Source: Eledone cirrhosa (taxonomy: Eukaryota). From it: a DNA stretch of 64,000 nt. The DNA is taken from positions 52,266,001-52,330,000 of the forward strand of contig OZ024742.1 of NCBI GenBank assembly GCA_964016885.1, given 5' to 3'. Below are positions 12,501-25,648 of the stretch, one piece after another (the stretch's first letter is position 1; every line of letters begins with the position of its first letter). Made by a program: the position numbers and the translations under genes. Under the pieces are notes generated by a model that saw only the letters and a list, made by a program, of their open reading frames with translations, was not told where the DNA came from and made no database searches.

Positions 12501-12697
12501 ACTGTGGCCTTTTACTGGGCTTTCTCCACAAATGTCCCTCGGAAGTCTCCCCCCTATTGGGAAATTTGTTCATTGTTATTTTTTTATTACATCCTCTGTT
12601 TTTTTTACACGCACAAATGCCCATTTGTACCGTCCTGTGTTGTCCTGTACTGTCCTTAACGTCTAATCTATGTAAACCCTTGTGGTTAATAAAGAAA

Positions 12698-12728
<31 letters not shown>
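9590..12728 (+). mobile_element. Tx1 copy 3, ORF1 type B, ORF2 internally deleted (non-autonomous)
   Basis: 5' end GGCGACCTACGTAG is shared with 52565 and 54888. ORF1 MADSKSHLPHKL with CVVCGEGTHLRTFC knuckle. ORF2 jumps at ~11890 (EN), ~12150 and ~12457 (straight into the 3'UTR). Tail 12700-12728. Confidence 0.92.
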
Positions 12729-15700
12729 GGCCGCACATGTGTGAAGACAGTACAAATCTGCGGGGGAAAAGGTTCGTAACTTTAAGCTGTTTTAAAGTGT
12801 CATTTTTTGTATTTTCTTGTCGTTAACGAAACTTAAGGTACACATCTTGATTTAAAGAGAGGGATACCTCTCAATATTCGGGCTTTAAGCCCGAATATTC
12901 AGATTTATTTTTAAAAACTTCGAAAAAAATCACTTCCTCACCAAAAGAAACTTATGGAAATGTTCGACCGTGAAACGGTAAACAACGTTCAGGTCAAAAG
13001 TTTAACAGCAGCCACTGTAGATTTCACCACGACTACGACGGCTACAGTCATGCCTGTCATCCACTCTACTGAATGTGAAGGCAAAACTCAACCTTCTGTG
13101 ATAGCAGCAGTATCATCTGAAAACGACATCACCACCACCGCCACCACCACCACCACAACAACAACAACTCAGAGCAATAACGACAATAACACCAACAGCT
13201 TCAATGTAAACAAGGATGGCGGTGGCAACACCAATAACAACAGCAAGAATGACAACAACAACAATAAGAGCATCAGAAACACCACATTTGCTGCAGCAGC
13301 AGCAAAAACAAAGCGCTTATTGAATATTGATATTGATATTAGCGATAAAGACGAACAGTTGGCCAATGCGTGGAGGCTAATTAAACGGGAGAAGTCCTGG
13401 GCAAACCTGACCATCCCGGACGCGGCAATAGCGGCCATGCAAAGGAGGACGGTGTTCTTTCGATGTATTTCGGTGCAGACACGAAAAGTGGAACTTGCGA
13501 GCCAAGCAGAGGTAGAGGCTGCTTTGGAGTACATCGGAATTAACATAGAGTACAAAGCAAGAGGCAAACAGTTCGGTACCATCTCGGTACTGTTCAAAAC
13601 CGAGGCCCTCGCTATTAAGCACTCGGTGACCCCCTGCAGAACGGAACGCATTATCATGCATCCATCCTATATGGGTAAAAGGACATTGAAGGTACGCATT
13701 CCCAGTATCCCACCAGGAATGAACATATGGTGGCTGCTGGGATGCGTAATCGAGGAGGGGACAGACACTACTCTCCTGGACATCAAAAGGACAGAGAGAG
13801 AGGACTGGTCCGGAATGGATTTGGAGATTCTTCTCCAAATGAAACCGGAGGATATGAATAACATCCCGGATTTTGCCCGCCTGCAGGACGGGACAACAAT
13901 CCAACTAATGATTGACGGAAGAAGGCCACGCTGCTTCGTCTACGGGGAAGCAACGCATCTTCAAGCCTTCTACCCTCAGCGCAAAAATGCAGGGGGTCGC
14001 AAACCTCCTTTGTTGCCAACGCCAGTGTAAGCACGGAAAGCTGCACCACCACCACCACCAAAAACAACATCAACAAAAACACGGACACCAACATCAAAAG
14101 CAGCCGGATCACCACCAACACCAAAACCAATCCAAGGAGAAAACGAGGAAAGCTCCCCCCAAAAAATTATACACATAGACAAAACAATAAACGCACACAC
14201 AGACACAGAGACACTCACAGACACAGACCCTTTATCTTCCAGCAGCGAAGATGAAGGAAAACCCAAAAGTGCAAAAAAACAGAAAACTCACAAAAAAAAA
14301 AAGCCCCAACAAAACACAAAAACACACACAACAAAAAATACAGACACCACTAACGCAAACACTTCCCCAATAACATCATCACCAACAGCAACATCGACAC
14401 CACCTCCACAATCCCCGAAACGCAAACAACCTAAACAAACACAAGTACAAATAAACACACAAATACCTGAAATTTCAGACACCACACCTACAACAAACAT
14501 AGACATACCCGAAACAACACCACCAAAACCATCGCCACCACCTTCATCAAAACGAAAACAAATAAAACCACACCAACAAAATGTTAAAAACTTCGTGCTT
14601 GTCAGAAGGGCCAACGATAAACTGATGGCCCACTTAGCGCGAAGCGAGGACATTCAAACAGAGGGGGAGATTTTTGAAATCAGCACATTTTGCGTGCTAG
14701 AAGATTTGCTTCTGGTCCGAATGTCACTCAATTCCTTCAAAGAAATTCGAGAGAGCTTTCCTCAAGACGTGGGAACCCCGAATGTGAAACCCACATCAAG
14801 ACTTTTAAAGGGGTTCCCAAAAGAAACCCCACCAACCATGGAGGTCGAACCACCCGACCTTCACAAGACCCGGGAGGTAAGTAAACCTTCCCTCTCTCTC
14901 TCTTAGCTTACCAATATGGCCATATTAAGAGTAGGAAGTTTAGATGTTCGCGGCCTGGGGTCACCCTGGAAGGAGGGTCGCCTGCTCAACGACTTCCGGT
15001 CGCTGGAAATGGATGTAATTGCCGTAAGCGAGACCAGAATTTCCGACACGCGCGCACTAGCCCCCATTTTCGACGACTATCAGATCTTCGCATCTGTTAG
15101 CAGGCCGGGAATGGGAGGTGGGGTGGCAGTGCTGTTTAGGAAAGGACTGGAACTCGAGGTAAGGTCGATCTTCCGGGACCCGGAAGTTGGTGGTCTTGGA
15201 TGTGAGCAGTAGCGAAGGTGGTGCCTTTAGAATGCTGGCCGTCTACGCCCCTACAGGGGCCGGACGACCTGACTCATTTAGGCGCCTGGAGACCTTTCTG
15301 GGTACGTCTCGCCCTTTACTGTTAGCGGGGGACTGGAATGGCATCTTAGACGCACGCTGGGATTGTGTGGGAGTAGCCGATAGGAGCGGGGGGTGCAAAA
15401 GCCTCAAGGACCTACTCAGACAGTTCAAATTGTCTGACAGGTATCGACTAGATTTCCCCAATGTGCCAGTAAGGATATGGACCAACCGAATGGGGGTCAT
15501 CTAGATCGTATATAGACAGGATCTTTATTAGGAAAATAGATAGAAATAGTCTGGGCTGTCCACTTTTTAAAACGGTCGCCTATTCAGATCACAAATGTGT
15601 GATCTGTACGGTCGACCTAAATAAAACGCGTAGGTTAGGACCGGGTTATTGGAAGCTAAACATGTCATTTCCGGCACGTAAGGCTTACAGGGACCGAGTC

Positions 15701-18634
15701 AACAATTTAGTTAAGCAAAAGTTGACAGGGGGGATCATCAACAACAGATGGTGGGTGGCTCTCAAAAGAGAGATTAGAGTAACTTCGATAGAGTTCAGCA
15801 AAGAACTAGCGTTAGAGAAAAATAGAAAGGAGGGGGAGCTGGTAGATAAGTTAGACGAGGCTATTTGTAGTGGCATCGCAACTGACGTGCTAGCGGCGAG
15901 AATGGCATTAGACCATTTCTTCAATGCCAAACACGAAGGTTGCATTGTCAGAGCTAAGGCGCGTGCGCTGAGAAACGAGGGAACTAAAGATGTTCGATGG
16001 GCCCGCGTGGCGGAGGCGCAGCGTAGTAATAAAACCACAATTGGGTCGTTGGCGGACCGAGACGGACACGAGATAAGCGATTCCAAGCGGATGTGTGAGG
16101 CCGTTCGCCAGCACTTTGCTCGATTGTTCAGAGAGAGTGGCGAGTCAGAGAGATTAGCGGATTTCAGTCCCTACCTTGACGGCTTGAGGCGCATCTCGAC
16201 GGTCGACGCTGAGCGCTGCGAAAGGCCGATTACTTCAGCCGAAATTCAGGACGCCCTTGTCGGCTGCATGAGGCGCAAGTCACCCGGTTTGGATGGCCTG
16301 CCCTACGAGCTTTACGTACATATGCCAGACTTGTTCTCCGAACTCCTCGAAGCACTCTACTGCAACTGACAGCAGAATGGGAGTATTCCCAGTTCTGTGA
16401 GATCAGGGGAGTGGTGACGCTGATAAGGAAAGACGAGTACAAGAGGGATACATTAGACAACTTCAGGCCCATAACTCTGCTCAACACAGAGTTTAATATT
16501 TTGACCAAGGTGTTAGCAAAGAGATTGGCGCTTGTCGTCGAGGATTTGGTTGGGGAGGCGCAAACTTGCGCAATCCCAGCCAGGTCCATACACGATAATC
16601 TCCACCTCATGCGATACATCATAGAGAGGGTAGGGTGTAAACCTGGCCTCGGTGGGGCACTGATCAATTTAGATCAATCGAAAGCATTCGATAGGGTTGA
16701 CCATCGGTATCTGGAGTTTGTCCTCAAAGCAGCTGGCTTCGGCTCTGTCTTTAGAACCTGGATCGTTGCAATGCACAGCGACACATGCTCGGTGGTCAAG
16801 GTTAATGGCCACCTCACGGAAACATTTCGGCTCTCCCGATCGGTCCGTCAAGGGTGCCCTCTCTCTTCCCTTCTGTACGTATTGACTCTCGAGCCTTTAC
16901 TGCGGAAGCTGGAGCTGTTGCAGGGCATCCCGCTCGAACTGGGACGTGGAAAGGCGGTGTCGGCTTATGCAGACGACATCACTCACCGTGATGGTGTCAA
17001 ACACCTCAGAAATCGAGATGGTCGGCACCTTATTGAAGGAATATGAAAAGTTGACAGGAGCCAAACTTAACCCGGAAAAGTCGGTGGGCTTGCAGCTCGA
17101 AACCTGGAGAGGCAAGCTCATGCCGTCCAACAGCGTCGTGGGGCGCTGGACGGACGGGCCGGTAAAGTTGCTCGGGGTTTGGTTCGGACCAGACCTCCAG
17201 GTGAAAAAGAATTGGGACGAGGTAACGAGCAGAGTAGCCAGTCTCACCCAAATATGGGCTGGGAGGAAGCTATCACTGAAAGGTCGCGCGGAGGTGGCGA
17301 ATGCGTACATCGCGTTCGTCATCTACTAACGCGTGACCGTCGTGCCTTGCCCCCGTCCGCGCCTCGTCAAGCTGGAACGGCTCCTCTTCAAATTCTTGTG
17401 GAGGGGACAAGTTCCGTTGGTGAGGCGGTCCATCTGCTGCCAGCACCCTCTACGCGGAGGGCTGGGCATGCCGTGGCTAATGATGCGCAGACATGCGTTG
17501 AGGCTGCGAGATCTCCAGATATTCTGCCTCAACGGTGAACAGGTGTGGTCGCCGTTTATCAGACTTTCCGCAGCTCATTTCTTTGACGGAGCTGCAGTCC
17601 TGGGTCAAGAAGAGACCGAGACTGGGTGACTGGCACCTGGAATGTTGCCAGGCACTCACTGCCCTCTACCAAGCGGGCAATGCGATCAGTGGAACTTCCA
17701 CTCTCGAGTTCTATAGAGGATTAGTGGTGGGCAAGTGCGGTGACGCACTCGGAGAAGCTTTGGGCCTCGACGAAGTCGAACTGACCAGTCTGTACCGGAG
17801 GACTTTTGAGCCGGGGACGATGGACAATTTCCAGAAATCCCTCGCTTGGCAGTGCTACCGGGGGGCACTGCCGGTTCGGGATAAACTCTACAGGCACGGA
17901 AGTGCTGTCAGAAGGACCTGCCCAAGATGCGCACAGAACGACGAAACCGTTCTGCACGCACTTGTCCAATGTCCGTGCATTACTGACTTGTGGAGTTATG
18001 TCGAACAGTTACTGTCGCGTGTGGAACGAATCCGGCTATCGGCCGAGTCCATAGTGAAGATCGATCTACCGCCTTAGGTCAGGAAGAGCAGGAAATGTTC
18101 CTCTGTCTGGTGGCAGTTGCTAAAGAGATTATATGGTGGACCAGGTTGAAAAGACTAAAGACAGACACTTTTCTCTTCGGCCAATCCCTCATCAACTTCT
18201 TCAAGTTTCACCTGGAAAGAAAGGTGAGGGCGGAGAGAGAAGTGCTGCCCCCCCTCCCCAGTACATTTGCTAAAAGGTGGGTGAATGTGGGGAGAATGGC
18301 TCGTGTGAATGGGCCTACTCTGACCATGCGCCTATAGGCTGGCTAACTTGAGGAGAGGGGTGCTCTCCCTGGGTGCCCTAGAAGCGCAGGGTGGTTCAGG
18401 ATTGGTGGGGTACCTGAAGCACCCCAGGGTCGTACACCCCCTATCGGGGAATTTATTTTGTTATATTTATGCATAGTTTATTTTATATTTTTATATTTTC
18501 ATTGTTAAATTAGTCTTGCCATTGTGCACTTTTGCTCCACCTTATTGTAAACACCCACTGTCCCTGTCTTTGTATTGTCCCCTACATGTCGGCCCTGGTG
18601 GCCAATAAATGAAATCATTATTATTATTATTATT
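12729..18634 (+). mobile_element. Tx1 copy 4, divergent family C, full length, degenerate
   Basis: Distinct 5'UTR; ORF1 12954-14906 with degenerate knuckle CFVYGEATHLQAFY; ORF2 14916-18337 in pieces (GDWN, SPGLDG, YADD, CPRC..HALVQCP); distinct 3'UTR; tail 18617-18634. Confidence 0.92.
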
Positions 18635-21600
18635 GAATGCTATGGTTGACGGAGGCTCGGCTCTGTAAGGTATTGTAAATTTTGAACGCTATAACAATTG
18701 TAAATTGTTTAAAACTGTAACGAACTTGTAGACAAAAACACCCTTCTCCTCGTGAGAGGGGTCTTTCTGCCCGTTATTTGGCATATCGGGGTTAAATAAC
18801 TGCTTATTGGGGTTTTGTGCCCAATATTTATTTTAAACAAAAAAAACAACATGGCTACGAAAAAGAATTTTCATAGGTCACTCCCACTCATCCCGTCTTC
18901 TTCTTCCTCAATCACTACAGCAGAGAGAAGATTGGCTCTCTCCCTCCCGTCTTTAAATGTGTCTCTTTCCCTCCTTTCTCTTTCGCAAGCGACGACAAAA
19001 AAGAAAAGTCTCGTGCAAAGCGTGCAAGACTTCTCGACGACGACGACGACAACGACGAAACAGGTGTGCGGGAAATACGAAAACCCATTTCATTCGTCTG
19101 ACTTCGGGAATAATAGCAGTATCAGCCGTAATAACAACAGCAACAGTGACAATGAAAACAACAGTAGCAGCCGAAACAGCATCACCAGCAGCATAAACAA
19201 CAACAGCATTAGAAGCAGCAACACCAACAACAACCACAGCAACAGCGGCGGAGGCAGTAGTCGTAGTACCTGCAGCAACAACAAAAGTAACAGCAGCTCT
19301 GACGACAACAACAACAGCAGCAAAGAAAAACCAATCTCATTTGCAGGTATTGCGAAAAACTTGGAAACAATCCTCATAACAAATGAGGAATTAGAGGAAG
19401 CGAAGAAGATGGTGACAAAGACTGGACATCGAGCAATCTGCAAGGCAGCGGAAAAATTTTTCGAAACCCAACAGCACTGTACGGTCACGTACCGTACAGT
19501 AAGTACAAAATCCAGTAGGGTGGAAAGAGCCACAGAGGCTCAAATACAAAAAGCCTTGGGGTCTGTGTGGCAGCGGAAAACGCACATCACCAGAGGCAAA
19601 AAATATGCCACCGTAGACGTACTTTTTGCCACACACCAGGAGGCAAAGGCTCAATCCGTAGTAACCCTAAGGACCGAGAAAATGGTGTTGGTGCCCTCCT
19701 ACTGCGGGCAAAAAATTGTGAGGGTCAAACTGACCCACGTCCCCCCCGGGATGGCCCCTTCTTGGCTGGCCTGGTCTGTCCTCGTCGGAATCGAGGACAA
19801 AACAACTGTACTGCAAGTACAGAAATAAGTAAGAGAAGATTGGGTCGGCACCTCTATTGAGATGCTAATCCAAACCAACCAGGAGTGCATCGAAGCTATC
19901 CCGGATGTGATATACTTCGATAACGGCACTCAACTGCCCATACGTGTTGAGGGAAAACGCCCGAAATGCTTTCGCTGTGGATCGAAGACTCACCTCAGGG
20001 CCTTCTGCAACGAAAAGACCCTGAGAAAGGAGAAAACCCCCCTCCTTCCGAAACCGGCTCCACGGCTACCAGCAACAGGACAAGCGGCAACCAGGAACGA
20101 TAGGTCCGTGGCACCCATACCGACGCCACGGAAATCAAAAACAGCAGCAGCAGTGGAAATATTAACAACAACAACAGCAATACCAAATGCAGCTGCAACA
20201 GAGACTCCAGTGCAAACATCACCAATAACAACAAGTGAAAGAGTGGAGCTGGTACCCCTTCCCGACCTCACAGAATCAGACATGGAGTATGAGGTGGGAG
20301 AGGGATGGCAAAAGGTTGTAAGAAGGCACAAACGCAGAAGCAGCGCATCGTCGCCTTTGAAAAGGGAGGAAAGAAATGAGAAAAGGGTAAAGTCTACTGC
20401 AAAGAGACCCACAGCAGCAACACCACCAACACCATCATCACCCACACTAGCACCACCATCACCACCGGCGACAACCCCACCGCCAACAACACCTTCAACA
20501 CCACCACCACAAGCACCAACATCGCAAACACAACAACAAAACACTCACACCCAGCAACAACGACAAGAAAATAGCAGAACCACACCCCACCCCCAGAAAA
20601 ACAAATGCACGGCAATAAATACACACAACAAGAAACTAATGACTTACATAATTGAACACAGACATTTCACAACACGACTACATAATACCAGCACCAATCA
20701 AAACTCCAACTAACATAAGACTGCTAAAAATAGCACAGAAACAATACACAAACATTAAAACGAAATTGCCCAACGCAGTTGGTGATTTCAGGGACCTAGG
20801 AGGAACTATCAATCGAAGAGTATATTCAGACATTCTCATAGAAGAGCCGATGACCAGTCGAAGGGACGATTCAACGATCCCTTCACCAGACGATCAAGTG
20901 AAAAGGGATGTAAAAACCATCCCTCCTCTACGAAAAGTACGGTAAGTGGTCTTTCCCATCTTTTCCACTCTATTTTAAACATGACCTCACTCAGAATAGG
21001 CAGCATAAATGCGCGTGGCTTGGGGTCGTCATGGAAGCAGGGTCACTTGCTCAACGACCTCAGGTCACTAAACATAGATGTAGTGGCCATCAGCGAGACC
21101 AGAATCTCCGATGCACGGGCCTTCGCACCGATCTTCGGCGGCTACCATGTGTACGCATCTCCCAGCCGTCCTGGATCGGGGGGAAGAGATGCTGTGCTTT
21201 TTCGGAGAGGTTTGGATCTCGCCATACGGGCCATCTTCCTGGACCCAGAGGGTAAGCTGGTGGTGCTGGACGTGACCAGCGGAGACGGGCAAGCTTTCAG
21301 GCTACTGGCCGTCTATGCCCCGACAGGAGCAGGGCGGCCTGATTTCTTCCGGCGTCTGGAGACCTTTCTTGGAACGTCCCGCTCTTTAGTGTTAGTGGGC
21401 GACTGGAACGGGATCTTAGATGCACGCTGGAACTGTGTGGGATTAGCGGATAGGGAAGGAGGGTGCAAGAGCCTCACCAACCTGCTCAGGCGTTTTGAAC
21501 TGTCTGACAGGTACCGATTGGATTTCCCGAATGTGCCAATGTGGACTTGGACAAACCGCATAGGGTCATCCAGATCATATCTAGATAGAGTATTTTGTAG

Positions 21601-24597
21601 GGAAATAGATAGGTCTAGCATAGGCTGTCCACAATTCAAGATAGTCAGCTACACGGACCACAAATTCGTGATCTGTGTGCTTGACTTAGATAGGCTTCAT
21701 AGACGAGGACCCGGCTACTGGAAGCTAAACGCGTTCTTACCAGCGCGCAAGGCCTACACAGACCGGATTAGCGAACTAGTTAAGCGGGCGTTGACGGGGG
21801 CCATCGTCAACAACAAGTGGTGGTTTTTCTGAAAAGAGCGATTAGAATAGAATCCATTAGGTTTAGTAAGGCTTTAGTAATAGAGAAAAATAGAGCAGAG
21901 GGAGAACTAGTTAGAAAATTAGACGAGGCGCTTAGCAAAGGCATTGCGACCGACGTACTTGCGGTGAAAATGGCCCTTGACCAATTCTTCAATGCAATGC
22001 ACGAAGGCTGCGTGCTCTCAGACACTAGGGGACGAAAGCCGTTCAATGGGCCCGAGTGGCGGAGGCGCGTCGTGGCAACAAAGCCACGATCCGGTCTTTG
22101 GTGGACCACGACGGGCGCATGCTACTCGATCCCGGGCAAATGTGTAAAGCTTTTCAGCGACACTTCGCTCAGCTGTTCGGGGGCAGCGGTGGGCCGGGTC
22201 GAGGGATGGACTTTAGTGTCTACCTCGACGGACTCCCGCGGCTCTCGGCCACTGGGGCGAAGTGTTGCGAAAAGCCGATAACAGCCGCTGAAGTAAGGGA
22301 GGCAATGACTGGCTGCAGAAGGGGTAAATCGCCTGGTTTGGATGGTCTGCCCTATGAACTTTACGTACAGATGCCAGACTTGTTGGAGGTTTCTTGGCGG
22401 ACGTCTACTGCAACTGGCAACAGAACGGGAGAATTCCTAGTTCTGTGAGCCGAGGAGCGGTGGCACTGCTGAGAAAGGATACGAACAAGGGGGATAACAT
22501 AGCTAATTTCCGGCTCATAACTCTGCTAAACACAGAGTTCAAGATTTTGGCCAAGGTGCTAGCAAAGAGGTTGGCGCTTGTCGTTGGTGGTCTGGTGGGA
22601 GAGGCGCAGACATGCGCCATTCCCGACAGATCCACCCACGACAACCTCCACCTCATGCGATACATCGTAGAGAGGGTAGCTAAGGAACCTGGCACGGGTG
22701 GGTCCTTGATCAATTTAGATCAGTCGAAAGCTTTCGATAGGGTCGACCATCGTTACCTAGCGGCAGTCCTGAGGGCGGCTGGCTTTGGGCCCGTCTTCAG
22801 AGGCTGGATCGCTGCCATGCACAGCGACATCTGCTCTGTGGTGAGAGTGAACGGTCACCTGTCGGAACCGTTCAACATCATGCGCTCGGTCCGCCAAGGA
22901 TGTCCCCTCTCGTCCCTCTTGTACGTATTGACTCTCGACCCATTACTGCACAAACTGGAGACGTTGAGGGGCGTCCCGCGCGAACTAGGATGCGGATGAT
23001 CCGTGGCAGCATATGCGGACGATGTCACCGTAGTGGTGTCGAACGCCAAACACATCGAGGCGATCGGCACTAAACTAAGAGAATACGAAGCGGTGACAGG
23101 AGCAATGATCAACCAGGAAAAGTCAGTGGGCCTGCAGCTCGGCACCTGGAGAGGCAGGTCCATGCCGTCCAACAGCGTCGTCGGACACTGGACGGACGGA
23201 CCGGTTAAATTGCTAGGGGTCTGGTTCGGACCGGACCTCCAGACGGACAAAAACTGGGACGAGGTGACGAGCAGGGTGGCTTCTCTCACCCAGAAATGGG
23301 CGGAGAGATAGCTATCCCTGAAAGGTCGAGCGGAGGTGGCTAACGCGTACATCGCGTCTGTCATAAGCTACCGCCTGACCGTCGTACCTTGTCTTAAGCC
23401 TCGCCTGACTGCGCTGGAGCGTTTGCTCTTTCGCTTTTTGTGGAAAGGACGCGCTCCGATGGTCAGGTGGTCCATCTGTTGTCAACACCCGCTACGTGGA
23501 GGGCTGGGCATGCCGTGGCTGATGATGCGCAGGCACGCGCTCAGGCTACGACATCTCCACCTCTTCCTCGACGGTGATCAGGTGTGGTCGCCGTTTGCTA
23601 GACACGCATTTCCCCAGCTCGTTTCCTTGACGGAGCTGTAGTCCTGGGTCAAGCGAAGACCGAGAGGGAGCGCTTGGAGACTGGAATGTCTTCAGGCGCT
23701 CACAGCCCTCGACCAATCGGGCAATGTGATCGGTGGAAACTCCACCTCGGCGTTCTATAGAGGATTAGTGGAGGGGAAGAGCGACGACGTACTTGGGGAA
23801 ACTCTAGGCGTCGACGAAAATCAACTAGCCAATCTCTTCGGAAGAACTTTCGGGCCAGGGCCTATGGACAACTTCCAGAAATCTCTGGCCTGGCAGTGCT
23901 ACCGAGGAGCCTTGCCAGTTCGGGATAATCTCTACAGGCATGGAGGTGCCGTCAGCCGGGCATGTCCGGGCATGTCCGGGCATGTCCGAAAATTGCTGAC
24001 TTGTGGGTTTATGTCGAACACCTGCTGTCGCGTTTATGACGGATCCGGCTATCATCTGAGTCCATCGTAAGGATTGCCCCGCCCTCCTCCTTTAGCCGGG
24101 AAGTGCAGGCAGGTTTTTATCTGTCTGGTGGCCATGGCGAAAGAGATAGTATGTTGGACACGTTTGAAAGGGCTGAAGACGAGCACTTACCTCTTCGGTG
24201 AAGCTCTGATTGACTTTTTCAAATTTCATTTGAAAAGGAAAATCAGAGTAGAGAGGGAAGTGCTCTCTTCCCAGCATTTTGTTGAAAGATGGGTGAGAGA
24301 AGCAAGAATGGCCCGAGTGAATGGGCCTACTCTGAGTATATATCTGTAAATTAAAGGTGGAAAACTGGGAGAGGGCACTTGCCTTGGGGGGTCAGGGTCA
24401 TTGTGGCCTTTTAATGGGCTTTCTCCACAAATATCCCTCCGAAGTCTCCCCCCTATTGGGGAGTTTTTCATTGTTATTTTTGTTACATCCTCTGTTTTTG
24501 TTTTTTACACGCAGAAATGCCCATTTGTACCGTACTGTATTGTCCTGCACTGTCCTTAATGTCTACTTTATGTAAACCCTTGTGGTTAATAAAGAAA

Positions 24598-24656
<59 letters not shown>
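18635..24656 (+). mobile_element. Tx1 copy 5, full length, ORF1 type A, degenerate
   Basis: Collinear with copy 2 throughout; ORF1 18851-20945, ORF2 20981-24349 with stops and frameshifts; tail 24600-24656. Confidence 0.94.
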
Positions 24657-24843
24657 TGGATTGGCAGTATCGGTAGAGAGTCGGACACCATGCTTTGAAG
24701 CATAGAGTTACGTCCCGTTATGATCTGAGTTCAAATCCCGCCGAGGTTAACTTTGCCCTTCATCCTTACGGGGTCGATAAAATAAAGTACCACTAATGCA
24801 CTGGATAATTGCTGGCCTTGTGCCAAAATAGAAACAATTATTA
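24657..24843 (+). mobile_element. tRNA-derived SINE (first few bases missing)
   Basis: A-box TGGCAGTATCGG, B-box GAGTTCAAATCCC, central GCCCTTCATCCTTACGGGGTCGATAAAATAAAGTACC, ATT-type tail; five related copies in the window. Confidence 0.85.
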
Positions 24844-24849
24844 ATATAT

Positions 24850-25345
24850 ATAGGGTGAGGCGAATTCTTTCCCTGATTATCAGATTCCATATCTCGGATA
24901 CTATATACATTTTACTTTTTCATTATACTGTACCCCATTTGGCGGAGTGTCAGCCACAGATAACCTTCTATAAAGATGGAGCTCCTCCACATTGAGGCGC
25001 ACTTGTCCGTCAGTTTTTTAATGTAACCTTTCCAAACAGATGGATTGGGAGATGTGATCCCACAAGATGACCTCCACGTTCGCCAGACATTCTTTCGCTT
25101 GAATTCTTTTTGTGGGGGTACATGTGTCGTAAACCGGTTCGTGTGCTTGAAACTGGCAAGGATAACTGAAGCAATAGCATTCGTAACAGTTGATATGCTT
25201 AAGAGCAGAAGGCGTGAAATTAAATATCGCTTAGATATGCTGAGAATGACGCGTGGCGCCCAAGCTGAATTTCACTGAAGTTCATGAGTGAATAAAAAAT
25301 AACTTCTTCACATATATATAAGTGGGCCAAACAAAACTGTTCCAT
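24850..25345 (+). mobile_element. Tc1/mariner transposase remnant, DD41D (rosa)-like
   Basis: Manual translation from ~24960: KDGAPPH*GALVRQFFNVTFPNRWIGRCDPTR*PPRSPDILSLEFFLWGY, then ARITEAIAFVTVDML..YRLDMLRMTRG. 41 residues separate the second and third catalytic positions. Ends are approximate. Confidence 0.75.
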
Positions 25346-25401
25346 CTTTATGTTTTTCTTAATAAAGGCTTATAATCAGGGTAAGCCTTTATGCTCAGCC
25401 A

Positions 25402-25463
25402 TATATATATGTGTGTGTGTGTGTGAGAGAGAGTGTGTGTGTATGTGTGTGTTTGAGTGTGTA

Positions 25464-25543
<80 letters not shown>

Positions 25544-25552
25544 TGTGTGTGC

Positions 25553-25628
<76 letters not shown>

Positions 25629-25648
25629 GTGTGCGTGTGTGTGCGTGT
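25402..25648. repeat. (TG)n/(TA)n microsatellite
   Basis: Direct reading. Confidence 0.97.
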
